DNA of 24,000 bases from Campylobacter helveticus (GTDB taxonomy: Bacteria > Campylobacterota > Campylobacteria > Campylobacterales > Campylobacteraceae), in the NCBI RefSeq assembly GCF_002080395.1, contig NZ_CP020478.1:236886-260885 (forward strand), given 5' to 3'. The notes beneath the pieces were generated by a model, which saw nothing but the letters and a program-made list of their open reading frames with translations, was not told the origin of the DNA and did no database searches. Below are positions 1-8,672 of the stretch, one piece after another; positions within the stretch are counted from its first letter, which is position 1, and every line of letters begins with the position of its first letter. Both the position numbers and the translations under genes were made by a program.

Positions 1-276
1 GCGGTGGAGCTTGGGGCTGGGGAAATCGTGCTTAATATGATGAATCAAGACGGCGTTAAAAAGGGCTATGATTTAGAGCAGTTAAAAGCGGTGCGTGAAA
101 TTTGCTCCGTGCCTTTAATCGCAAGTGGCGGTGCGGGAGAGATGGGGCATTTTTTAGAAGCTTTTGAGCTTGGCGTTGATGGGGCTTTAGCGGCTTCTGT
201 GTTTCATCAAAGGCTGATTGATATTAAGGATTTAAAAAGCTTTTTGAAAGAAAAGGGCGTAAGTGTGAGGCTTTGA
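1..276 (+). CDS. hisF: Imidazole glycerol phosphate synthase cyclase subunit HisF, C-terminal part (5' end truncated by window)
   Basis: The frame is open from base 1. The translation ...[59 protein letters not shown] is the typical HisF (beta/alpha)8 C-terminal phosphate-binding region. Confidence 0.95.
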   Translation, partial: AVELGAGEIVLNMMNQDGVKKGYDLEQLKAVREICSVPLIASGGAGEMGHFLEAFELGVDGALAASVFHQRLIDIKDLKSFLKEKGVSVRL

Positions 277-578
277 TGGCGACAAGTGAAGATTTTAAAA
301 ATTTCGTGCTAGAGTGCCTTGAAAATACAAATTTGGGTTTTGAGTTTAGCGCAAGAAAAATGTTTGGTGATTACTGCATTTATGTGCATTTGGGTGCAGA
401 AAGAAAGCCTTTGTTTTTACTCTGTGATGAAAGGCTTTTTATAAAATGCTATGATAAGCTTAAGGGGCTTTTAGATGAGAAAGATAAGCCCTTTGAAAAA
501 GCAAAAGAATGGTATGTGGTGGATTTTGAAAATTTAGTTTTACTAGAAGAAATTTTAAAAAAAGTGCTGAAAGGATAA
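276..578 (+). CDS. TfoX/Sxy N-terminal-domain family small protein
   Basis: ORF of about 100 aa with FSARKMFGDYCIYVHLG...LFLLCDERLFIKCYDK, typical of TfoX_N domains. ATG at 276 overlaps the hisF stop (TGATG). The ORF track start at 273 is an in-frame TTG. Confidence 0.75.
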   Translation: MATSEDFKNFVLECLENTNLGFEFSARKMFGDYCIYVHLGAERKPLFLLCDERLFIKCYDKLKGLLDEKDKPFEKAKEWYVVDFENLVLLEEILKKVLKG

Positions 579-581
579 AAG

Positions 582-1205
582 ATGAAAAAATTTGAAGACT
601 TGGTTGGTGAGCTTGATTGGGAAAAAGTGGGCGGTTTAGTGCCTGTTATTGTGCAGGATTTTCGCACAAGCGAGGTTTTAATGCTAGGCTTTATGAATGA
701 AGAAGCGTTAAGGAAGAGCTTAGAAGAAGGTAAGGTCGTGTTTTACTCACGCACAAAAAAGCGTTTGTGGCTTAAGGGCGAGGAAAGTGGAAATTTTTTA
801 AACATTGTGGATTTGGGGCTTGACTGCGATAAAGACAGCATTTTGATTTTAGCTAATCCTGCTGGAGCCACTTGTCATAGTGGCGATATTTCTTGTTTTG
901 AAGAAGTTTCTAAAAGAGCGGATTTTGTTTTCCTTTCAAGGCTTTTGCGTTTGATAAATGCTAGAAAATTTGCTGATGAGGTTAGTTCTTACACGGCAAG
1001 TTTATTTAAAAGTGGCACAAAAAGAATCGCACAAAAAGTTGGTGAAGAGGGCGTTGAAACAGCTCTTGCGGCAGTGGCTGGAGACAAAGAAGAGCTTATC
1101 TGCGAGGCGGCTGATTTATTATTTCATCTTAGCGTTTTGTTGAGTGATAGAAACTTAAGCTTAAATGAAGTTATCACTAAGCTTAAAGAGAGAAATGAGG
1201 GCTAA
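582..1205 (+). CDS. hisIE: Bifunctional phosphoribosyl-AMP cyclohydrolase / phosphoribosyl-ATP pyrophosphatase
   Basis: HisI motifs (VQDFRTSEVLMLGFMNEEAL, RTKKRLWLKGEESGN, DCDKDS, PAGATCHSG) are followed by a HisE domain (KRIAQKVGEEGVETALAA...EAADLLFHLSVLL). Confidence 0.96.
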   Translation: MKKFEDLVGELDWEKVGGLVPVIVQDFRTSEVLMLGFMNEEALRKSLEEGKVVFYSRTKKRLWLKGEESGNFLNIVDLGLDCDKDSILILANPAGATCHSGDISCFEEVSKRADFVFLSRLLRLINARKFADEVSSYTASLFKSGTKRIAQKVGEEGVETALAAVAGDKEELICEAADLLFHLSVLLSDRNLSLNEVITKLKERNEG

Positions 1206-1208
1206 GCC

Positions 1209-1850
1209 TCATTTTGTAGGGTGGAGTTCGTTTGCGTAGAAGCTAACGGAATTCATACCTTCTTTCAAAGCCCACTCATAAGCCTTAGCGACAAAAGCCC
1301 AGTTAATATGAGCGTAAAATTTCTCCAAATATGCAGGTCTAGCATTTCTATGATCGACATAATAAGCATGCTCCCATACATCGACAACTAAAAGAGGAAT
1401 TTTATCATCACAAATCGGCGTAGCAGCGTTTGAAGTGCCTACAAATTCAAGTTTTTGCGTTTTAGAATCTAAAACAAGCCAAAACCAACCCGAGCCAAAA
1501 ACCCCTGTCGCACCTTTAATAAATTCGTCTTTAAAGCTTTCTAATGAGCCAAAATTTTTTTCTAAAGCTGCTTTTAAATTTGGACATTCACAGGTGCTTT
1601 GACTAGGACTAATGCAATCAAAATAAAAATCGTGATTATAAACTTGAGCTGCATTATTAAAAATTCCACCGCTTGAGTTTTTGATAATGCTTACTAAATC
1701 TTTCCCAGCAAATTCGGTATTTTGGATAAGATTGTTAAGATTATTGACATAAGTTTGGTGGTGTTTGCCGTGATGATAGCTAAAGGTTTCAGCACTTAAA
1801 AAATCACCAAAAGCATTAGTATTGTAAGGTAATTTTCTTAATTCAAACAT
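1209..1850 (-). CDS. sodB: Superoxide dismutase (Fe type)
   Basis: MFELRKLPY...YHHGKHHQTYVNNLN, QVYNHDFYF, GSGWFWLV, VDVWEHAYYVDHRNARPAY. RBS AAAGGAG upstream. Confidence 0.96.
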   Translation of the reverse strand: MFELRKLPYNTNAFGDFLSAETFSYHHGKHHQTYVNNLNNLIQNTEFAGKDLVSIIKNSSGGIFNNAAQVYNHDFYFDCISPSQSTCECPNLKAALEKNFGSLESFKDEFIKGATGVFGSGWFWLVLDSKTQKLEFVGTSNAATPICDDKIPLLVVDVWEHAYYVDHRNARPAYLEKFYAHINWAFVAKAYEWALKEGMNSVSFYANELHPTK

Positions 1851-1877
1851 CGTTTCTCCTTTAAAGTTTGATGAGAG

Positions 1878-1883
1878 ATTTTA
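1878..1883 (-). promoter_or_regulatory. Candidate -10 element for sodB
   Basis: Minus strand reads TTTTTGTTAAAATCTCTC, with TAAAAT about 27 nt upstream of the sodB ATG. Campylobacter sigma70 promoters rely mainly on the -10. Confidence 0.4.
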
Positions 1884-1896
1884 ACAAAAATTCGTT

Positions 1897-1919
1897 AAAA
1901 AAGAGTAAAACACTCTTTT
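1897..1919 (-). terminator. Intrinsic terminator-like hairpin after dusB
   Basis: Minus strand reads AAAAGAGT-GTTTT-ACTCTTTTTT: a perfect 8-bp stem, 5-nt loop and T-tail, starting 3 nt downstream of the dusB stop. The stem is AT-rich, so strength is uncertain. Confidence 0.55.
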
Positions 1920-1922
1920 GAT

Positions 1923-2840
1923 TTAAAAAAATTCCTCTATTTTTGTTCGCATTAAAGCCTCATCATCAATGCGGTTTATCATATCTCTAAAAGCCGAAGC
2001 GTCTTTATGCCCTTTAGAATATTCGTGCAAATGCTTACGAAAAATGCTTACCCCCATAGCCTTATAGTGCTTCATCATTTCCTCAAAATGCGTTAAGATA
2101 ATGCGTTTTTTGAGTGCCTCATCTACGCTTTTACCCTCTTTAATCTCGTAAAAAATCCAAGGATTTCCCACGCTAGCTCTACCTATCATCAAGCCCTCAC
2201 AAGCAGTGATTTTAAAAACTTCTTCTGCATTTTGTGCGTTAATGTCGCCATTAGCAATGACTGGAATTTTAACACTTTGCTTAGCTTTGGCTATGGAGTG
2301 ATAATCTGCTTTTCCGCTATAAAGCTGCTTTCTTGTGCGTCCGTGTATGCTAATGAAATCCACCCCAAGCTCTTCACAAATTTGTGCCATTTTTTCTGGA
2401 TATTTTTCGTTAAAACCAAGTCGAAATTTTACACTCGTTAGGCTTTTTTTATTATATGTTTTGATGATTCCAACAAGTTTTTTAAAAAGCTCTAAATTTT
2501 CAAGTAAGGCACTACCAGCACATTGTTTTACGACTTTATTGACAGGGCAACCGCAATTAAAATCAATGCCATCGATGAAGTCAAGCTCATTTAGCATTAA
2601 AACTGCTTTTTTAAGAATTTCTTCATCCCCTCCGGCAATTTGCACGATGTAGGGTTTTTCAAATGGTGTTTTTTCAAGCATTTTGAGACTTTTCGTGCTT
2701 TCATAAACTAAGGCATTTGAGCTTATCATTTCGCTGATAGTAACATCAGCACCAAATTGCTTCACTACACTACGAAAAGGAGGGTCTGTAAAACCCGCCA
2801 TAGGTGCTAAAAAAAGAGGTTTTGCGTTAAAATTTATCAT
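1923..2840 (-). CDS. dusB: tRNA-dihydrouridine synthase (DusB type)
   Basis: LAPMAGFTDPPFRSVVKQFGADVTISEMIS, DFNCGCPVNKVVKQCAGSALL, ISIHGRTRKQLYSG, PVIANGDI, GLMIGRASVGNPW. Confidence 0.93.
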   Translation of the reverse strand: MINFNAKPLFLAPMAGFTDPPFRSVVKQFGADVTISEMISSNALVYESTKSLKMLEKTPFEKPYIVQIAGGDEEILKKAVLMLNELDFIDGIDFNCGCPVNKVVKQCAGSALLENLELFKKLVGIIKTYNKKSLTSVKFRLGFNEKYPEKMAQICEELGVDFISIHGRTRKQLYSGKADYHSIAKAKQSVKIPVIANGDINAQNAEEVFKITACEGLMIGRASVGNPWIFYEIKEGKSVDEALKKRIILTHFEEMMKHYKAMGVSIFRKHLHEYSKGHKDASAFRDMINRIDDEALMRTKIEEFF

Positions 2841-3820
2841 AAGATAATGCGATTTAAATCAAGCTTGATATTTTTTTCTCTTAAAACAAGCAAGGCTTTA
2901 AAGTCTGTAAATTCTTCTTTATTTCTAATTTGATTTTCTAATTCTTCAAACATAGAAAATTCGGCTAATAAATATAAATAGGCTCTTGTGGCTTCACTTT
3001 TAGTGTTTTTAATTTTTAAGAAAATATTAATAATTGCGTCTGGATTAAAGTGCTTGATGCACATTTTTGCAACGGCTAAATACTCGCTTTCACTGAAATT
3101 TGCTTTTTCTATCAAGACTTCAAATTCGGCTAAATTAAGCTCTAAATTTCCCTCTTTAAAACGCTTGATAAGACTTAAAATTTGCTCGTTTGTTTTTGTG
3201 ATTTTTAAATTTTTAATTTGTTCGTAAGTGCCTTTTTTAAGCACCATTTCAAAGGCTAAATCTTGGGTTTCTGTGTCTAATTCACTTAAATTTTTAAGCT
3301 TAGAATAAGCATAATCTAGCTCGTTTTTAATGCGATTTTTTTCATTTTGCAAAACAAGAATATTATTTTTATCAAGCTTAAATTTGTTGAGGTTTTGAAA
3401 CTCCCCTTTTTTAAGGGCTTCAAGCATATCTAAAATATCATTAATTTGATTAAAATCTGCACTTTTTAACCCTTGTTTTAAACTTTTGCAAAGCTCACCA
3501 ACTTGTTTAAATTCTTTAGTATGAAAAGAAATTTTACTTTCTCTTTCTAAAAGCAAATCCTTAGTAAAATCTTGAAATTTTGCCGCATCTTTAAAGAAAT
3601 GCTTGAATTTTAAATATCTTAGAAAACCATAAAAACTGATGTGAAATAATGCCAAGATAAAATAAAATGCCAAAGGTGCAACCAGCCAAAGCATAATAGG
3701 CAAATTTAAGGTAAAAGTACCTAAAACAAGCTCATAATAGCCCAAATCTAAATAAAACATAAAAGCTATGATTAGTGCGATATAAATCAAACTTGCCAAA
3801 ATAAAAAGTCGAATTTTCAT
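2837..3820 (-). CDS. Uncharacterised membrane-anchored protein with a long helical/repeat-like cytoplasmic region
   Basis: 327 aa. Two or more hydrophobic N-terminal segments (LFILASLIYIALIIAFMFYL; PIMLWLVAPLAFYFILALFHISFYGFL), then Lys/Glu/Leu-rich predicted helix. 4-bp overlaps with both flanking genes. Confidence 0.8.
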   Translation of the reverse strand: MKIRLFILASLIYIALIIAFMFYLDLGYYELVLGTFTLNLPIMLWLVAPLAFYFILALFHISFYGFLRYLKFKHFFKDAAKFQDFTKDLLLERESKISFHTKEFKQVGELCKSLKQGLKSADFNQINDILDMLEALKKGEFQNLNKFKLDKNNILVLQNEKNRIKNELDYAYSKLKNLSELDTETQDLAFEMVLKKGTYEQIKNLKITKTNEQILSLIKRFKEGNLELNLAEFEVLIEKANFSESEYLAVAKMCIKHFNPDAIINIFLKIKNTKSEATRAYLYLLAEFSMFEELENQIRNKEEFTDFKALLVLREKNIKLDLNRIIL

Positions 3821-4170
3821 AACATTCCTTTTTCTGCGATTTCTCTACAGGCAATGCAATACCTTGCGTGAGGCTTGACTTTGAGGCGTTCTATATCGAT
3901 AAATTCATCACAAGACTCACAAATGCCATAATTTTTATGTTGAATTTTTCTAAGAGATTCTTCTATTTCTTTTAATTCTTGTTTTAAATTTGCACTGATG
4001 GTAAAGTCGATTTGCGAGTCGATTTCTATGGTTGAAAAATCGACGCTATCGCTTGGTGCTGAGTTGTGTAAGGCTTCAATTTCCTTTGAGTTGATTTGTA
4101 GGTTTTCTAGTATAACTTTTTTGCGTTCTTGCAAGAAATTTTCAAAAAATTTTAAATCGCTTGTTTTCAT
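3817..4170 (-). CDS. dksA: DksA/TraR-family C4 zinc finger transcriptional regulator
   Basis: C-terminal zinc finger NYGICESCDEFIDIERLKVKPHARYCIACREIAEK (CxxC...CxxC), preceded by a helical coiled-coil region. Confidence 0.85.
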   Translation of the reverse strand: MKTSDLKFFENFLQERKKVILENLQINSKEIEALHNSAPSDSVDFSTIEIDSQIDFTISANLKQELKEIEESLRKIQHKNYGICESCDEFIDIERLKVKPHARYCIACREIAEKGML

Positions 4171-4178
4171 TAAAACTC

Positions 4179-4628
4179 CTATTTGTGATATGGGTGGTTA
4201 TGATTGATGCAAAAGGCTCTATAAATTTGCTCTAATAATAAAATTTTAACAAAATGATGTGCTAAGGTTAGGCGACTAAGAGCGAGATTAAAGTCGAATT
4301 TATCAAGCATTTCGCGTCTAAAACCATAAGCGCCACCTATGAAAAAATTAAGTTCATTTTTATTTTCTATCAGTTTTGCAAATTCAATGCTATTAAGCTC
4401 CGTCCCTCTTTCATCTAACAGCACACAAAAACCTTTTTTGTGAGGTAAAAAGGCTTCTTCATAGCTTTTTTGTGCGTTTTGAACTCCTTGAATTTGAGCT
4501 TTTGCTACTTTTTTATCAAAAAGATTGTGTTCTTTTAAAGTGGCATATTTAGAGATGAGCTTGGCATATTTTTCACTCAAATGTGCCAAATCTTCACTTT
4601 TTTGCAAATAAAAAATGCCAAGTTGCAA
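4179..4628 (-). CDS. rlmH: 23S rRNA (pseudouridine1915-N3)-methyltransferase
   Basis: [21 protein letters not shown]...[16 protein letters not shown]...[35 protein letters not shown], typical of RlmH (SPOUT). Confidence 0.93.
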   Translation of the reverse strand: MQLGIFYLQKSEDLAHLSEKYAKLISKYATLKEHNLFDKKVAKAQIQGVQNAQKSYEEAFLPHKKGFCVLLDERGTELNSIEFAKLIENKNELNFFIGGAYGFRREMLDKFDFNLALSRLTLAHHFVKILLLEQIYRAFCINHNHPYHK

Positions 4629-4629
4629 A

Positions 4630-5472
4630 TTATTTTCCGCTAAAAAATTTCAAAGCATCGCTGACAAATTGCTTTTGAGCGGCTCTTTCTACTATGTTGT
4701 CAATGAGTCCGTGTTCAAGTAAAAACTCAGCCCTTTGAAAGCCCTCAGGTAAATCTGCTCCTATGGTTTGCTTTATAACTCTTGCTCCCGCAAAGCCAAC
4801 TAATGCACCCGGCTCGGCTATAATTAAATCCCCAAGCCAAGCAAAGGAAGCTGATACCCCACCCATAGTAGGGTCAGTTAAAATGCTTATGTATGGTAGT
4901 TTTTCCTTGCTAAGAAGTTTTATGGCAGCACTAGTTTTACTCATTTGCATTAAAGAATAGGTGCTTTCTTGCATTCTTGCGCCCCCACTTGTGCTAACGA
5001 TGATTAAGCCACTTTTTGCACTAATGGCTCTTTGCACTGCGCGCACGATTTTTTCACCCTCCACAGAACCAAGACTTCCCCCTATGAAAGAAAAATCAAA
5101 AACTACAAGTTGAGCTTTTAAGCTGTTGATAGTGCATTCGCCACTTATCACAGCACTTTTTCTACCTGTTTTATTTTCCCCCTCACTCAAACGCTTTTTG
5201 TAGGATTTGCTATCGACAAATTTTAAAGGGTCGATTGCTTCTAAATCTTTATCAAATTCTACAAAACTTCCAGTATCACTTAAAAGCTCTATGCGTTTTA
5301 AAGCTGAAATTCTCATATGAAAAGAGCATTTAGGACAAACATCAAAGCAGCTTTCCACTTCTTTGTAATACATCAAAGCGTGGCAACTTGGGCATTTTAC
5401 CCAGTGATTTGGTGCTTCGTTGGGGCTTGATTGTTTTTTTCTAATCTTTGAAAATATGTCAATAAAATTCAT
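4630..5472 (-). CDS. accD: Acetyl-CoA carboxylase carboxyltransferase subunit beta
   Basis: N-terminal zinc ribbon (CPSCHALM...[11 protein letters not shown]), then [21 protein letters not shown] and [34 protein letters not shown]. Confidence 0.96.
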   Translation of the reverse strand: MNFIDIFSKIRKKQSSPNEAPNHWVKCPSCHALMYYKEVESCFDVCPKCSFHMRISALKRIELLSDTGSFVEFDKDLEAIDPLKFVDSKSYKKRLSEGENKTGRKSAVISGECTINSLKAQLVVFDFSFIGGSLGSVEGEKIVRAVQRAISAKSGLIIVSTSGGARMQESTYSLMQMSKTSAAIKLLSKEKLPYISILTDPTMGGVSASFAWLGDLIIAEPGALVGFAGARVIKQTIGADLPEGFQRAEFLLEHGLIDNIVERAAQKQFVSDALKFFSGK

Positions 5473-5481
5473 CTTCAGCCT

Positions 5482-7698
5482 TTAAAATCTTGTTCCGAGA
5501 CTAAACTCAAAAGTGCTAGTATCATCACCCGGTTTATCATTAAGTGGTTTGGCAAAAACGACTTGCAAAGGACCTATAGGTGTAATCCACTCTATGCCAA
5601 AGCCCGTGCTCATTCTTTGCATATCGTCAATTTGCGTTTTACCTATGGCACCATAATCGAAAAATACGCTTCCGCGTAATTTAATTCTATCAATAAGCGG
5701 GAAGCTAAGCTCAAAGGAATTTGCAAAGGCTATGGTTCCCCCTACTTCATCACCCCATTCGTTTCTAGGGCTTACGGTGCGATTTTCAAAACCGCGTATG
5801 GAACGCATACCCCCTAGATAAACGCGCTGGTTGATTGGTAAATAGCCTTGGTCCCAAACTTTATAAAAATTGGCTTTATAGCGATAAATTAAATCGTAGC
5901 CGATATAATCTTCTAAACCTTGATAAAAATTAAAACTTGTTTTTGAGTATAGAAATTGTTGGTCGCCTCCAACCCCTGCGAATTCAAGGGCTGAAGAGGC
6001 AATGATACCTGAGCGTGGCAAATAAAAATCATCTGTATTATTAAAGCTTATTGCCGGAGAAATGGAGCTTTTAATACTTTCTCCTAATTGATAACCTGTT
6101 CTTAGTAGTGTTGGGCTTAGATAATAAATATCACTTTGTTCTAAATTGTAGGTTACACTTGCGTTGAAATAACGCCAAAATTGCCTACCAAGCGTGATAT
6201 CAAAGCCGTAGTTTTGCTCGGAATATTCGTCCCACTCATAATCATTTGAATAAAGTGAACCGCCGAGACTATATTCGCTATCGGCTATTCTTGGATTGGT
6301 TATATTAATTCTGCCTGAAAGCGTTTCATCACTTTTATCTATGCTAACTGAACTTTTAATGCCTGAACCAAAAATATTACTATCCGAAAGCGAAGCATTA
6401 AGAAGCAAACCATCGCTTGAGCTATAACCGATACCACCAGAAATTGCACCCGTAGCAGCCTCTTTAACTTCGACTATCAAGTCAATATGCGTTTCATCAA
6501 CCCTTTCTTCTTTGATTTCAACGCTTTCAAAATAAGAAGTTCTCCTTAGTGCGTTGATAGATTCTTTTAAGTCGGTTCTATGGTAAAGATTTCCTTCCGT
6601 GAGGAAAAGTTCTCTACGCACAACCCTATCAACGGTGCGTGAATTTCCGGAAATAATAACATTTCTTATATAGACCTTTTCATTTGGCACGACCTGAAAG
6701 CTTATGCTTGCTTCGTGTGTTTCGCTATTTTTTTGTATATCTGGAAAGACTTGAACGAAAGCATAGCCTAAATCTGCACTTTTGGTTTCTATGGTTTTAA
6801 GGTCTTTTCTTACATCTTCTATGTTGATAATATCTTTAACTTGCGATTCTAATTCTTCTAAAATTTCTTGATTTTCTTCATCGCTAAAAAGAGGATTTTT
6901 AATTTGTATATCAACGATTTTATAAGGTTCACCCTCTTTAATAAAATAAGTCAAATCCGCCCTATAAGAATCTGTATATGTTTTAAGAAAGGGTGAGGAA
7001 ACTTGCACATCTAAAAACCCTTCTTTCATATACTCATCGCTAATTCTTGCACTATCATTTCCAAGCTCAAAGACTTTAAGTTTGCCATCATTCCTGCCCC
7101 ACATCCAGCCCATAAATTCTCGCTCTTTATTTGTAACAGCGGGTTCAATATCAGAATAAGAAAGCTCTTTTCCTCCACTAAGATGAACTTTGTCGATGAT
7201 GATATTTTCACCGCGATTTACGATAAATTCAAGCTCCAAGCTATCCGAATTTTCTAGCTTTTTTTGCTTAACTTCAACCACGGTATCAAAATAACTTTTT
7301 GCCTCATAATAGCCTTTAATTCTTTCTTTTGCCTCTTTTAACGAGGTCTCGTCGAGTAAAGTGCCTCTTTTAATTCCCAAAAGAGCATCAAGGTGCTTTC
7401 TATCATTTGAGGCGATACCTGTGATAGTAACTTTAGCAACGCTTGGTTTTTCTTTAAGCTTAAAGGTCAAAATTCCGTTATTTTCTTCAACGATGATATT
7501 TTGAAAGTAGTTTTGTTTGTAAAGATTTAAAATAGCTGTATTAATTCTTGCTTCATTTAATTCTTCGCCTATTTTAAGTCCTGTGAGATTTAATGCTGTT
7601 TCATTAGAAAGGTGATAAAGCCCACTAAATTGTATATCTTTTATATTTGCCGCATTTAAAAAGGGAGCTAATGCACAAATACCGATGAGTTTTTTCAT
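5482..7698 (-). CDS. bamA: Outer membrane protein assembly factor BamA (Omp85)
   Basis: 738 aa with signal peptide, repeated POTRA-like segments, GGIGYSSSDGLLLNASLSDSNIFGSG, GGMRSIRGFENRTVSPR (VRGF-like motif) and a C-terminal beta-barrel ending in TRF. Confidence 0.94.
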   Translation of the reverse strand: MKKLIGICALAPFLNAANIKDIQFSGLYHLSNETALNLTGLKIGEELNEARINTAILNLYKQNYFQNIIVEENNGILTFKLKEKPSVAKVTITGIASNDRKHLDALLGIKRGTLLDETSLKEAKERIKGYYEAKSYFDTVVEVKQKKLENSDSLELEFIVNRGENIIIDKVHLSGGKELSYSDIEPAVTNKEREFMGWMWGRNDGKLKVFELGNDSARISDEYMKEGFLDVQVSSPFLKTYTDSYRADLTYFIKEGEPYKIVDIQIKNPLFSDEENQEILEELESQVKDIINIEDVRKDLKTIETKSADLGYAFVQVFPDIQKNSETHEASISFQVVPNEKVYIRNVIISGNSRTVDRVVRRELFLTEGNLYHRTDLKESINALRRTSYFESVEIKEERVDETHIDLIVEVKEAATGAISGGIGYSSSDGLLLNASLSDSNIFGSGIKSSVSIDKSDETLSGRINITNPRIADSEYSLGGSLYSNDYEWDEYSEQNYGFDITLGRQFWRYFNASVTYNLEQSDIYYLSPTLLRTGYQLGESIKSSISPAISFNNTDDFYLPRSGIIASSALEFAGVGGDQQFLYSKTSFNFYQGLEDYIGYDLIYRYKANFYKVWDQGYLPINQRVYLGGMRSIRGFENRTVSPRNEWGDEVGGTIAFANSFELSFPLIDRIKLRGSVFFDYGAIGKTQIDDMQRMSTGFGIEWITPIGPLQVVFAKPLNDKPGDDTSTFEFSLGTRF

Positions 7699-7731
7699 AT
7701 TATTTTACCTAGTTTGTGATTAAAAATTGTG

Positions 7732-7738
7732 TATAATA
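7732..7738. promoter_or_regulatory. Candidate overlapping divergent -10 elements for tyrA (+) and bamA (-)
   Basis: Plus strand TTGTGTATAAT (TATAAT at 7732-7737). The same bases give TATTAT on the minus strand (7738-7733). They lie in the 83-bp bamA/tyrA divergent intergenic region. Confidence 0.55.
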
Positions 7739-7781
7739 GCAGAAAAAATTTAACAACTTTTAAAGCGGTTAGGGAAAGTAA

Positions 7782-8609
7782 ATGAAAGTAGCGATTATAG
7801 GGCTTGGGCTAATGGGAGGTTCTTTAGGACTTTGCCTAAAAGAAAATAAGCTTATTAGTAGTGTTTATGGGTTAGATTTAGACGCACAAAATGCTAAAGA
7901 TGCTTTAAATTTGGGATTAATCCACGAGTTAATTAGCTTTGATGCGCTTAGAAAATGTGATATTATTTTCATCGCTACGCCTGTTAATGCCATTATAGAA
8001 ATTTTACAAAATTTAAAAGAATTGCCAAAAACAACGACCATTATAGAACTTGGTAGCACAAAAAGAAAGATAGTGGAGAGTTTACCCACTACTTTAATCA
8101 AGCAAACTATTTTCGCACATCCTATGGCAGGGACGGAAAATAGCGGACCAAAAGCCGCTTTTAAGGAGCTTTATAAGGACGCTGTTTGTGTGCTTTGCGA
8201 TAGTGAAGTGGCTGATGATTTACACCAAAAAAGAGCGGTGGAAATTTTCTCTCATCTTGGTATGCGTATTGTATTTATGGATAGCATTTCACACGATCAT
8301 CACACGGCGATAATTTCACATTTACCTCACGCCATTAGTTTTTCTTTGGCAAATTATGTTATGCGTGAAGAAGATAGAAGAAATATCGCTTATCTTGGCG
8401 GTCCCTCTTTTAAGGGAATGTGTCGTATCGCTAAATCTTCGCCCTTAATGTGGGGGGGAATTTTTACGCAAAATAAAGAAAATATCCTAGCATCCATAGA
8501 ACATTTTCAAGAAGAATTAGAAAATTGCAAAAAAATGCTGGAAAATTGTGATGAAAATAAGCTTAAAAAATGGATGGAAAAAGCAAATCATTTAAGAGAA
8601 ATTTTATAA
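7782..8609 (+). CDS. tyrA: Prephenate dehydrogenase
   Basis: Rossmann start VAIIGLGLMGGSLGLCLKE, then IFIATPVNAI, HPMAGTENSGPKAA, HHTAIISHLPHAISFSLAN and FKGMCRIAKSSPLMWGGIF. Confidence 0.95.
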   Translation: MKVAIIGLGLMGGSLGLCLKENKLISSVYGLDLDAQNAKDALNLGLIHELISFDALRKCDIIFIATPVNAIIEILQNLKELPKTTTIIELGSTKRKIVESLPTTLIKQTIFAHPMAGTENSGPKAAFKELYKDAVCVLCDSEVADDLHQKRAVEIFSHLGMRIVFMDSISHDHHTAIISHLPHAISFSLANYVMREEDRRNIAYLGGPSFKGMCRIAKSSPLMWGGIFTQNKENILASIEHFQEELENCKKMLENCDENKLKKWMEKANHLREIL

Positions 8610-8672
8610 TTTACTTTATATTAATTTAAAAATACTATAAATTCCCTATATTACTTTAGATATTTAGGAAAA

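Noticed and set aside
449-1143. Small ORFs 449..667 (-) and 958..1143 (+) in the hisF-hisIE region
   Set aside because: They fall inside the TfoX-like and hisIE coding frames and show no independent signals.
8452-8458. G7 homopolymer inside tyrA, a possible phase-variation tract
   Set aside because: It encodes a family-typical SPLMWGGIF segment in frame, and housekeeping function is expected. At 7 Gs it is at or below the length normally associated with Campylobacter slipped-strand switching. Read-level length variation would be needed to revive it.
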